From: Gemmatimonadales bacterium
GTDB taxonomy: Bacteria > Gemmatimonadota > Gemmatimonadetes > Gemmatimonadales > GWC2-71-9
Length of the DNA stretch: 59,242 nucleotides
Assembly (NCBI GenBank): GCA_036265635.1
Contig: DATAOR010000330.1
Coordinates: 1 to 59,242 of the forward strand
Direction: 5' to 3'
Shown: positions 20,091 to 28,620 of the stretch, in pieces
How the letters are laid out: each line of letters begins with the position of its first letter
Position numbering within the stretch: position 1 is the stretch's first letter
The notes under the pieces: model-generated
Told to the model about the DNA's origin: nothing
What the model saw: only the letters and a program-made list of their open reading frames with translations
The model's database searches: none
Program-made: the position numbers and the translations under genes

Positions 20091-21332
20091 ATGCGCGTCC
20101 TCGAGGCGGTGCGGATGGCGTTACGGACCATCCGGGCGCAGAAGCTCAAGAGCTTCTTCTCGCTGATCGGGGTGCTGATCGGGGTGACCTTCCTGATCGC
20201 GGTGGTGTCGATCGTCCAGGGCATGAACCGCTACATGGTTGACCGGTTCGCCAACACCCTGATCGGGGCCAACACCTTCGAGCTCCGGCAGCGGCCCGGG
20301 ATCGTGACCGGCGAGGTGACGGACTCGACCTGGCTCGAGTGGCGCCGCCGGCCCCGGATCAGCTACGCCGATGCCGACTACGTCCGAGCCCGGATCACCA
20401 CGCCCGCGACCTTCGCCAAGTTCTGCTCCGACCGGGTGTCGGTCCACTACCAGGGCAAGGTGGCCAAGGACATCGACCTGGTGGGGACCGAGGCCGACTA
20501 CTTCAGCATCCGGAACTACGAGATCACCGCGGGGCGGGCCTTCACCGCCCAGGAGGTCCAGACCGCCCAGCCGGTCCTGGTGATCGGGTCCGAGCTGGCG
20601 GAGAAGCTGCTGCCGCAGGTGGACGCGGTCGGCAAGACGGTTCAGATCGGGGGGCTGCCCTACCGCATCATCGGCGTGGTGGCCAAGCAGGGCACCCTGT
20701 TCGGTCTTTCGCTCGACAAGTTCGCCATCATGCCGTTCAGCGCGCAGGGACGGCGCCTCATCTGCCCGATCAACATCCTGGACGCCCTGATCGTCCGGAC
20801 CGGTGACCCCGACCAGATGCGCGGCGCCATGGCCGAAGCGGAGGCGCTGATGCGCAGCCGTCGCGCGCTCAAGCCGTGGCAGGCGAACAATTTCGATTTT
20901 CAGACCGCGGAAGGCGCGCTGGGAACGTGGCAGAAGATCTCCAAGATCCTGTTCCTGGCGCTGCCCGGGCTGGTGGCCATCTCGCTGGTGGTGGGCGGCA
21001 TCGTGATCATGAACATCATGCTGATGGCCGTGAGCGAGCGGACCCGGGAGATCGGCATCCGCAAGGCGCTGGGTGCGCGGCGACGCGACATCCTGGCCCA
21101 GTTCGTGGTGGAGTCGGCTACGCTGAGCGCGGCCGGGGCCCTGCTCGGGATCGGACTCGGGCTGGCCCTGGCGTTCGTGGTCAAGGCGCTGACCCCGCTG
21201 CCGGCCGCGGTGGCCCCCTGGTCGGTGGCGGTCGGGATCGCACTGGGGGTGACGGTCGGCGTCGCCGCCGGCGTCTACCCGGCCAGCCGGGCCTCGCGGC
21301 TCGATCCCATCGTCGCGCTGCGGGCCGAATGA
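20091..21332 (+). CDS. ABC transporter permease (MacB_PCD plus FtsX domains), paralog type A.
   Basis: The N-terminal TM reads LKSFFSLIGVLIGVTFLIAV. A periplasmic domain follows. The FtsX core reads GGIVIMNIMLMAVSERTREIGIRKALGARRRDI and the C-terminus reads PASRASRLDPIVALRAE. Confidence 0.9.
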   Translation: MRVLEAVRMALRTIRAQKLKSFFSLIGVLIGVTFLIAVVSIVQGMNRYMVDRFANTLIGANTFELRQRPGIVTGEVTDSTWLEWRRRPRISYADADYVRARITTPATFAKFCSDRVSVHYQGKVAKDIDLVGTEADYFSIRNYEITAGRAFTAQEVQTAQPVLVIGSELAEKLLPQVDAVGKTVQIGGLPYRIIGVVAKQGTLFGLSLDKFAIMPFSAQGRRLICPINILDALIVRTGDPDQMRGAMAEAEALMRSRRALKPWQANNFDFQTAEGALGTWQKISKILFLALPGLVAISLVVGGIVIMNIMLMAVSERTREIGIRKALGARRRDILAQFVVESATLSAAGALLGIGLGLALAFVVKALTPLPAAVAPWSVAVGIALGVTVGVAAGVYPASRASRLDPIVALRAE

Positions 21333-22591
21333 GCACCGCCGGGCGGGGGACCTTGCTGAGCCGGATGACCGAGGGGGTCGTCATCGCCCTTGACTCGGTC
21401 CGGTCCAACAAAGTCAGGGCAGCGCTGACCATCCTGGGCGTTGCCATTGGCGTCACCGTGGTCATCGCCATGGGGTCGGCCATCACCGGGATCAACCGGA
21501 GCATCACCGCGATCCTCGAGTCGGCCGGACCCAAGACCTTCTACGTCCAGCGGTACTTCGACGGCGGGATTACCGTCTCGGACGGGTCCGACGAGCTGTC
21601 GCCCTGGCGCAGAATGCCGTGGATCACCGCCGGCGAGGCCGAGCTGATCCGGGCGCTGCCGGCGGTGCGGGACGTCAACATCGGCGAGTACGCCCGGGGA
21701 CCGGTCGGCGCCGACGGCACCAACCTCTCGAGCGTGGCGGTGGCCGGGTTCAGCCCGACCTATCTCCAGGTCAATGGCGGCGACATCATCCAGGGCCGGA
21801 GCTTCACGCCGGTCGAATACGCCGCCGGCGCCCGGGTCGCCGTGATCAACGACAAGCTGGCCCAGTCGCTCTTTCCCGGCCGCGACCCCCTGGGAAAGAC
21901 CCTCAAGATCTACGGTATTCCCTTCACCGTCATCGGGATTCACGCCGAGGCCGCCTCGCTGTTCAGCAATGCCGACGACCCGCGCCTGGCGATTCCCCAC
22001 ACCGCCTTCGTCAAGGTGGCGGACTACGAGCGCGGCTGGATGGAGATCGCGGTCGTCCCCACCGCCACGGCCACCACCGCCGAGGCCCAGGACGAGGTGA
22101 CCGCCGCCCTCCGCACGGCCCGCGGGCTCCGCCCGGGCGAGGCCAACAATTTCGCCATCGTCACCCAGGATCGGGTGCTGGAAGCGTTCAACAAGGTCAC
22201 CGCCGGCTTCTTCGTGGTCATGATCGCCCTGTCGAGCGTCGCCCTCATGGTGGGGGGCGTGGGCGTGGTGGCCATCATGATGATCTCGGTGACCGAGCGG
22301 ACCCGGGAGATCGGCGTGCGCAAGGCACTCGGGGCCACTCGCAACGAAATCATGTTCCAGTTCCTAGTCGAGGCGGCGACGTTGACCCTGATCGGCTGCC
22401 TCATCGGCATGGCGCTGGGGTCGGCGACCGCGTGGGGGATCCGGACCTGGTCGCCCATCCCGGCGACGGTCCCGCTGGCCTCGGTGATCGCCGCGGTGAT
22501 CGCCTCCATCCTCACGGGTGTGCTGTTCGGACTCTATCCCGCCAGCAAGGCCAGCCGGCTCGATCCGGTGGAGGCCCTCCGGTACGAGTAG
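21329..22591 (+). CDS. ABC transporter permease (MacB_PCD plus FtsX domains), paralog type B.
   Basis: The ATG overlaps the upstream stop as ATGA. The N-terminus reads NKVRAALTILGVAIGVTVV. The FtsX core reads GGVGVVAIMMISVTERTREIGVRKALGATRNEIMFQFLVEAATLT and the C-terminus reads SRLDPVEALRYE. Confidence 0.85.
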   Translation: MSTAGRGTLLSRMTEGVVIALDSVRSNKVRAALTILGVAIGVTVVIAMGSAITGINRSITAILESAGPKTFYVQRYFDGGITVSDGSDELSPWRRMPWITAGEAELIRALPAVRDVNIGEYARGPVGADGTNLSSVAVAGFSPTYLQVNGGDIIQGRSFTPVEYAAGARVAVINDKLAQSLFPGRDPLGKTLKIYGIPFTVIGIHAEAASLFSNADDPRLAIPHTAFVKVADYERGWMEIAVVPTATATTAEAQDEVTAALRTARGLRPGEANNFAIVTQDRVLEAFNKVTAGFFVVMIALSSVALMVGGVGVVAIMMISVTERTREIGVRKALGATRNEIMFQFLVEAATLTLIGCLIGMALGSATAWGIRTWSPIPATVPLASVIAAVIASILTGVLFGLYPASKASRLDPVEALRYE

Positions 22592-22658
22592 CAGGCCCGG
22601 GGGCGCCGGCGCCGGTGCTCCGGCCCCACCCCGATCCCGCCCGGCGTATCTTTCCCGG

Positions 22659-23903
22659 ATGCCGTTCACCGAAGCGCTCCGCCTCGCACTCCAGGCCATC
22701 TGGAGCGCCAAGCTTCGCTCGTTCTTCACCCTCCTCGGCATCATCGTGTCGGTGGGATTCCTGGTCGTGGTCGTGGCCGTGATTCAGGGCATGAACGCCT
22801 ACGTCAAGGAGAACCTGACCGGGGCCATGATCGGCACCAACGCCTTCCAGGTGCGGCGGTCGCCCATCTCGGTCGGCCTGATGGATGACGAGCAGGTTCG
22901 GGCCATCGCCAAGCGCCCCCTGATTTCGGCGGAGGATGCCGAGGCCGTGCGCCGGGCGCTGCCGGAGGCGCAAGCGGTCGCGCTCCAGTCGGGCTGGCCC
23001 ACCCCGATCAGCGACATTTCCCATCGGGACCGGACGGTCGGCAACGTGCTGATCTTCGGCGTGACGCCGCCCTATCAGATCGTCCAGGATTACCAGATGC
23101 TCGCCGGGGTACCCCTGACGGATCCGGACATCCGGGAGCGGCGCCCGGTGACCCTCCTGGGTTACGAGGTGGCGGAGAAGCTGTTCGACCGGCCGGCCGC
23201 CGCGGTGGGCAAGAAGGTCCGGGTCTCGGGCCGCGAGGTCCAGGTCATCGGGGTGATCATGAAGAAGGGCCGGGTGCTGGGGCAGTCGTTCGACGCCTTC
23301 CTCCTGCTCCCCCTGCCCACGTTCGAATCCTTCTACGGCCGGCGGAAGACCACGGTCGTCTCGGTCAAGCTGGCCTCGGCGGAAGCCGTGGAGCCCGCCA
23401 TGGCCCGGGCCCAGGAAGCGATGCGGATCGCCCACCGGCTCCGGCCGGGGCAGCCCGACGATTTCACGGTGGACAAGGCCGACGCCCTGGTCGCATTCTG
23501 GCGCCGGCTCACCCGGGTCCTGTTCACCGCCATCCCGGCGGTGGTCTGCGTCGGCATCGTGGTCGGCGGCATCGTGATCATGAACATCATGCTGATGAGC
23601 GTGACCGAGCGGACCCGGGAGATCGGCCTGCGCAAGTCGTTGGGCGCCCGGCGGGCGGATATCCGCCGCCAGTTCCTGATCGAGGCCATCGTGCTGTCGA
23701 GCCTGGGTGGATTGCAGGGCGTGCTGGCGGGCTGGGGACTGGCCCTGGCCGTCTCCACCTGGACGCCGCTGCCTGCCCGGATCACGCTCTGGTCGGTCGC
23801 CGTCGCCCTGGCCCTGGGGGGGAGCGCCGGGTTGGTGTTCGGCGTGTTCCCCGCCGCCCGGGCGGCCCGGCTCGACCCGATCACCGCGCTCCGGGCCGAG
23901 TAG
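22659..23903 (+). CDS. ABC transporter permease (MacB_PCD plus FtsX domains), second copy of paralog type A.
   Basis: The start is MPFTEALRLALQAIWSAKLRSFFTLLGIIVSV. The FtsX core reads GGIVIMNIMLMSVTERTREIGLRKSLGARRADI and the C-terminus reads RLDPITALRAE. It follows a 67-bp gap. Confidence 0.85.
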   Translation: MPFTEALRLALQAIWSAKLRSFFTLLGIIVSVGFLVVVVAVIQGMNAYVKENLTGAMIGTNAFQVRRSPISVGLMDDEQVRAIAKRPLISAEDAEAVRRALPEAQAVALQSGWPTPISDISHRDRTVGNVLIFGVTPPYQIVQDYQMLAGVPLTDPDIRERRPVTLLGYEVAEKLFDRPAAAVGKKVRVSGREVQVIGVIMKKGRVLGQSFDAFLLLPLPTFESFYGRRKTTVVSVKLASAEAVEPAMARAQEAMRIAHRLRPGQPDDFTVDKADALVAFWRRLTRVLFTAIPAVVCVGIVVGGIVIMNIMLMSVTERTREIGLRKSLGARRADIRRQFLIEAIVLSSLGGLQGVLAGWGLALAVSTWTPLPARITLWSVAVALALGGSAGLVFGVFPAARAARLDPITALRAE

Positions 23904-23910
23904 CCTTTCC

Positions 23911-25161
23911 GTGCTCGGCCGGCTCGGCATCCGCAATGTGGGAGAGGGCGTCGGCATCGCGTTCGATGCCCTCCGGGCCAACAAGCTCCGGTCCGCGCTC
24001 ACCATCCTCGGCGTAGTCATCGGGGTGACCACCGTGATGGCCATCGCCTCCATGGTGCAGGGCATCCGGACCCAGATCTTCAACGCCATCGAGACCGCCG
24101 GGCCGTCGGTCTTCTACGTCATCCGGTTCTTCTCTCAATCGCCGCTCAACCCGGACCGGCTGCCTTACGAGGTCCGCATCCGGCCGGTGGTAAGCTCGGC
24201 CGACGCGGCGGCGATCGGGGCGCTGGCCGAGGTCACCTACGCGGGGATGTGGGTCCAGCTGTTCCAGCGGATGGAATACCAGGGGAACCGGACCCAGACG
24301 ATCACCGTCTTCGGCGCCGATGACCACTACATGGACATCCAGGGCGGGACCCTGCTCCGGGGCCGGTTCTTCACCCGGGGGGAGCTGAGCGGGGACGCCG
24401 TCATGGTCATCGAGACCGACGTGGCCGAGCGGTTGTTCGGCCGGGTCGACCCTTTGGGGCGCTACGTCCGGGTGGGCGCGACGGCGGTGCGCGTGGTGGG
24501 GGTGTTCCAGAAGCCGGACAACATCTTCGAGCCGCCGGGCCAGGAGGTCGGCGGGGTCATCCCCTTCGAGACCGCCCGGCGGAACTTTCGCTACGACGAG
24601 ACCAACAGCCTGTTCATCGCGGTCCGGCCGCGGGCAGGGGAGGATCCCGAGCGGGTCCGCGACCTGGCGACGGTAGCCCTCCGCCGGGTGCGCAGCCTGC
24701 GGCCGGGGCAGCCGAACAGCTTCGACCTGATCACCCAGGACCAGATCCTCGACGTGGTCGGGAAGTTCACCACCTACTTCTTCCTGGCGATGGTGTCGCT
24801 GTCGAGCGTGGCGCTGCTGGTCGGCGGCATCGGCGTGATGGCCATCATGATGGTGTCGGTGACCGACCGGACCCGCGAGATCGGGCTGCGCAAGGCGCTG
24901 GGCGCCACCCGGCGCGAGATCCTGTGGCAGTTCCTGGTCGAGGCGGCTACCCTCACCTTCGTCGGCGGCCTGCTCGGCATCGTGGTCGGGCTGGGAGCGG
25001 GCGAGCTGATGAAGGCGGCACTCGACCTCCGGTCCGGGGTGCCGCTCTGGAGCGCCGGCCTCGCCTGCGCGGTCAGCATCGCCATCGGGCTGGTGTTCGG
25101 ACTGGTACCGGCCAACCGGGCCGCCCGGATGGACCCGGTGGAGGCCCTGCGGCACGAGTGA
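23911..25161 (+). CDS. ABC transporter permease (MacB_PCD plus FtsX domains), second copy of paralog type B.
   Basis: I chose the GTG start (VLGRLGIRNVGEG) by alignment to the type B N-terminus. The sequence includes NKLRSALTILGVVIGVTTV, GGIGVMAIMMVSVTDRTREIGLRKALGATRREILWQFLVEAATLT and RMDPVEALRHE. Confidence 0.8.
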   Translation: MLGRLGIRNVGEGVGIAFDALRANKLRSALTILGVVIGVTTVMAIASMVQGIRTQIFNAIETAGPSVFYVIRFFSQSPLNPDRLPYEVRIRPVVSSADAAAIGALAEVTYAGMWVQLFQRMEYQGNRTQTITVFGADDHYMDIQGGTLLRGRFFTRGELSGDAVMVIETDVAERLFGRVDPLGRYVRVGATAVRVVGVFQKPDNIFEPPGQEVGGVIPFETARRNFRYDETNSLFIAVRPRAGEDPERVRDLATVALRRVRSLRPGQPNSFDLITQDQILDVVGKFTTYFFLAMVSLSSVALLVGGIGVMAIMMVSVTDRTREIGLRKALGATRREILWQFLVEAATLTFVGGLLGIVVGLGAGELMKAALDLRSGVPLWSAGLACAVSIAIGLVFGLVPANRAARMDPVEALRHE

Positions 25162-25189
25162 CGGTGGACCTCATCTGGCGGAGACCCCC

Positions 25190-25906
25190 ATGTCCGTGGA
25201 CCTTCTGGCCATCGCCGCGCACCGGGACGATGTCGAGCTCACCTGCGCCGGTACCCTGCTCCGGGCCGCCGATGGCGGCCGCCGGACGGGCGTGCTGGAC
25301 CTGACGGCGGGCGAGACCGGCACCCGCGGCACCGCCGAGCTCCGGGCCCGCGAGGCCGAGCAGGCGGCCGCCATCCTCGGGCTGGCCGAGCGGCGCAACG
25401 CGGGCCTGCCCGACGCCCACCTCCGGAACGACGACGCCACCCGGCGGATCGTGGTGGAGCACATCCGCCACTTCGCGCCCCGGGTGGTGATTCTGCCGTT
25501 TCCGGTCGGGCGCCATCCCGACCACCGGGTGGCCAGCGAGCTGGGCCGGGATGCCTGCTTCCTGGCCGGGCTGGCCCGGTACGACGCCGCCGGGGACCCC
25601 CATCGCCCGTTCAAGCTGCTGTACGCCCTGTCGTATCGCGAGGATCCCCTCAAGCCCACCTTCGTGGTGGACATCTCGCCCCAGTTCGAGCGCAAGATGG
25701 CCGCGATCCGCTGCTACGCCAGCCAGTTCGACGGGGCCAAGGCGGCCGGCGAGATCTTTCCGACCGGCCAGGACCTCTACTCCCTGGTGGAGACCCAGAG
25801 CGCCCATTACGGCTCGCTGATCCGGACCCGGTATGGCGAGCCGTTCTACACCCACGAGACCATGGCGGTGGACGATGTCGTCGGCCTGGCCGTGCAAAGC
25901 ATGTAG
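25190..25906 (+). CDS. bshB1: PIG-L/LmbE family deacetylase, BshB1-like (bacillithiol biosynthesis deacetylase).
   Basis: The sequence contains AHRDDVELTCAGTLL, DLTAGETGTRGTAELR, GRHPDHRVAS and the C-terminal YGEPFYT. These match the BshB1 landmarks I remember. Confidence 0.75.
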   Translation: MSVDLLAIAAHRDDVELTCAGTLLRAADGGRRTGVLDLTAGETGTRGTAELRAREAEQAAAILGLAERRNAGLPDAHLRNDDATRRIVVEHIRHFAPRVVILPFPVGRHPDHRVASELGRDACFLAGLARYDAAGDPHRPFKLLYALSYREDPLKPTFVVDISPQFERKMAAIRCYASQFDGAKAAGEIFPTGQDLYSLVETQSAHYGSLIRTRYGEPFYTHETMAVDDVVGLAVQSM

Positions 25907-25927
25907 CGGACGGGTATTTTCCTTCCC

Positions 25928-27106
25928 GTGAGCCGCCCGCCCGTCTACCTCGACCACGCCGCGACGACCCCGGTCCGCCCCGAGGTCCTGGAGGCCATGC
26001 TGCCGTACCTGACGGCGCAGGCCTTCGGTAACCCGTCGAGCGCGCACCGGTTCGGCCGGGCGGCCAGAGCCGGCCTGGAGCAGGCCCGCCGCGAAGTCGC
26101 TGAAGCGGTGGGCGCCGAGCCCAACCAGGTCATCTTCACCTCCGGCGGCACCGAGGCCGACAACCTGGGCATCGTCGGCGCCGCCCTGGCCGCCCGCGAC
26201 CGGGGCAGCGCCATGTGCGCGGTGGTGAGCGCCATCGAGCACAAGGCGATCCTGGCCGCGGCCCACGCCGTCTGTCATCTGGGGGGCCGCGAGGTCCTCC
26301 TCCCGGTCGATCGGGGCGGCCGGGTCGAGCTGGACGCGCTGGACGAGGCCCTGGCCGGCCGCCCGGCGGTGGTGTCGGTCATGTGGGTCAACAACGAGGT
26401 GGGCGTAGTGCAGCCGGTGGCCCAGATCGCCGGCCGCTGCCACGATGCCGGCGTCGCCTTTCATACCGATGCGGTCCAGGCCTTCGGCAAGCTGCCCGTC
26501 AGTCTGGCCGAGGTACCCTGCACCCTGATCACGATCTCGGGCCACAAGATCGGTGCGCCCAAGGGGATCGGGGCCCTGATCGTACGCGACCGGAAGGCGA
26601 TCGAGGCGATCATCCACGGTGGCGGCCAGCAGTACGGTATCCGGCCGGGCACCGAGAACGTGGCGGGCGCCGTCGCCCTGGGCCGGGCGGCGCGGCTGGC
26701 GGCGGCGGAGCAGGCCGCGGAGCACGACCGCCTGACGGCTCTGCGCGATCGACTGGCGGACCGGCTGCGGGCCGAGCTGCCCGACATGGTGATCAACGCT
26801 GAGGGTTCCGACCGAGCGCCCCACCTGCTCAGCCTCGCCGTGCCCGGGGCCGAGAGCGAGGCGCTGCTGATGCACCTCGACCTGGCCGGCGTGGCCGCCT
26901 CGGGCGGGTCGGCCTGCTCCACCGGCGCCGTGGAGCCGTCGCACGTGCTGGTCGCGATGGGCCTGCCCCGCGAGCTGGCGCTGGCCACCGTCCGGTTCAG
27001 CCTCGGGCACGAGAGCACCGCCGAGGACGTGGACCGGGTGGCGGAGGTCATGCCGGGGGCCGTGGCCAAGGTCCGGAAGCTGGCCGGGGCGCTGGGCCGT
27101 GGCTGA
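25928..27106 (+). CDS. Class V aminotransferase-fold cysteine desulfurase (NifS/IscS/YrvO-like).
   Basis: The GTG start gives YLDHAATTP. The PLP lysine lies in the context [15 protein letters not shown]. The active-site Cys loop reads [17 protein letters not shown]. Confidence 0.85.
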   Translation: MSRPPVYLDHAATTPVRPEVLEAMLPYLTAQAFGNPSSAHRFGRAARAGLEQARREVAEAVGAEPNQVIFTSGGTEADNLGIVGAALAARDRGSAMCAVVSAIEHKAILAAAHAVCHLGGREVLLPVDRGGRVELDALDEALAGRPAVVSVMWVNNEVGVVQPVAQIAGRCHDAGVAFHTDAVQAFGKLPVSLAEVPCTLITISGHKIGAPKGIGALIVRDRKAIEAIIHGGGQQYGIRPGTENVAGAVALGRAARLAAAEQAAEHDRLTALRDRLADRLRAELPDMVINAEGSDRAPHLLSLAVPGAESEALLMHLDLAGVAASGGSACSTGAVEPSHVLVAMGLPRELALATVRFSLGHESTAEDVDRVAEVMPGAVAKVRKLAGALGRG

Positions 27107-28178
27107 CCGGGCTGCCGGCGAGCGGGTGCTCGTGGCCATGTCCGGCGGTGTGGACAGCTCGGTCGCCGCCGCCCGCCTGGTCGAACAGGGCTTCGAGGTG
27201 GTGGGCGCCACCATGAAGCTGTTCTGCTACGGCGAGGACGTGCCCGACCGGCCCTGCTGCTCGCTTGATTCGATCAACGACGCCCGCGATGTGGCCCACC
27301 GGCTGGGGATTCCCCACTACGTCCTCAATCTCGAGGACCGCTTCGATCTCCACGTGATCCAGAACTTCGTGGCCGAGTACAGCCGCGGCCGGACGCCGAT
27401 CCCCTGCGTGCGCTGCAACTCGTTCACCAAGTTCCGTGACCTGCTGGCCCACGCCGACGCGCTCGACTGCCGCTACATCGCGACCGGACACTATGCCGTG
27501 GCCCGGGACGGGGCGCTCTACCGTGGCCGCGACGGGCGGAAGGACCAGAGCTACTTCCTCTGGGGGATCGACCGGGCGGTGGTGGCCCGGATGCTCACAC
27601 CGGTCGGGGCCATGACCAAGGCGGAGACCCGGGCGCTGGCCCGCCAGCTCGGTCTGGCCACGGCGGACAAGCCCGAGTCGGTCGAGATCTGCTTCGTCCC
27701 CGACGACGACTACGTCGGAGTGCTGGAGCGGCACCTGCCGGCCGACGCCCCTGCCCTGGCGCCCGGGCCGTTCGTCACGACCGCCGGCGAGGTGATCGGG
27801 CAGCATCGCGGCTTCGCCCGCTACACGGTGGGCCAGCGGCGCGGCCTTCCCGGGGGCTTCACCGACGCCCGCTACGTGGTGGCCATCCGGCCCGAGCGAC
27901 GCGAGGTAGTGGTCGGGACGGCCGACCAGCTGGCCGGTCACCGGCTGCGGCTCGAGGAGCTCAACTGGCTGGCAGAGCCGCTCCGGCCGGGCGAGGAATG
28001 CCGGGTCCAGGTCCGCTACCGGGCGCCGGCCGTGCCCGCCACCGTGGTCGCCGGCGGAGACCCGCTGGAGCTGGTCCTCGGCACCCCGGTCCGGGCCATT
28101 GCGCCGGGCCAGAGTGGCGTGCTGTACGATGGCGAGGGCCGGGTACTGGGCGGTGGCATCATCGATCGCGCGGCCTGA
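27099..28178 (+). CDS. mnmA: tRNA 2-thiouridine(34) synthase MnmA.
   Basis: The PP-loop is [13 protein letters not shown]. The sequence also contains [34 protein letters not shown] and ATGHYA. The GTG start overlaps the desulfurase 3' end by 8 nt. Confidence 0.9.
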   Translation: MADRAAGERVLVAMSGGVDSSVAAARLVEQGFEVVGATMKLFCYGEDVPDRPCCSLDSINDARDVAHRLGIPHYVLNLEDRFDLHVIQNFVAEYSRGRTPIPCVRCNSFTKFRDLLAHADALDCRYIATGHYAVARDGALYRGRDGRKDQSYFLWGIDRAVVARMLTPVGAMTKAETRALARQLGLATADKPESVEICFVPDDDYVGVLERHLPADAPALAPGPFVTTAGEVIGQHRGFARYTVGQRRGLPGGFTDARYVVAIRPERREVVVGTADQLAGHRLRLEELNWLAEPLRPGEECRVQVRYRAPAVPATVVAGGDPLELVLGTPVRAIAPGQSGVLYDGEGRVLGGGIIDRAA

Positions 28179-28179
28179 G

Positions 28180-28545
28180 ATGCGACCACTCCTGCTCCAC
28201 TGGCTGTCGAACGCCGTGGCCCTCTGGGTGGCGGCCCAGTTCGTGCCCGGCCTCCACTTCACCGGGGGGTTGGTCCAGCTGGTCCTGGTCGCGGCGGTCT
28301 TCGGCCTCGTCAACAGCCTGCTCCGGCCGATCCTCACCGTGCTCACCTGCCCGCTGATCGTGGTCACGCTGGGCCTGTTCACCCTGGTCATCAACGCCCT
28401 GATGCTGCTGGTCACCGGCTGGCTTTCCGTGCGATGGAACCTCGGCTTCGTGGTCGCGGGATTTTGGCCGGCCTTCTGGGGCGGGCTGGTGGTAGGGGTG
28501 GTCAGCCTGATGCTCTCGCTGGTGCTGCCCTCGCCCAAGCACTGA
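28180..28545 (+). CDS. Small 4-TM membrane protein, phage-holin-family-IV-like (PF04020-like).
   Basis: The start is MRPLLLHWLSNAVALWVAAQFVPGLHF and the protein has 121 aa with four hydrophobic helices. It begins 1 nt after the mnmA stop codon (TGAGATG). The family call is from memory of the motif V-x-G-x-x-x-x-G-x-x-x-L and is uncertain. Confidence 0.6.
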   Translation: MRPLLLHWLSNAVALWVAAQFVPGLHFTGGLVQLVLVAAVFGLVNSLLRPILTVLTCPLIVVTLGLFTLVINALMLLVTGWLSVRWNLGFVVAGFWPAFWGGLVVGVVSLMLSLVLPSPKH

Positions 28546-28620
28546 GGCCCCGGATCGGGTCCGCGTGACCCGGTCGTTACATTCCGTTCCCCCGCCCCGC
28601 CGCAAGGCGTACATTCCGGC

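Noticed and set aside
23321-23330. The tRNA T-arm-like string gttcgaatcc.
   Set aside because: It lies in frame inside permease 3 (LPTFESFYG). No acceptor or anticodon stems can be drawn around it.
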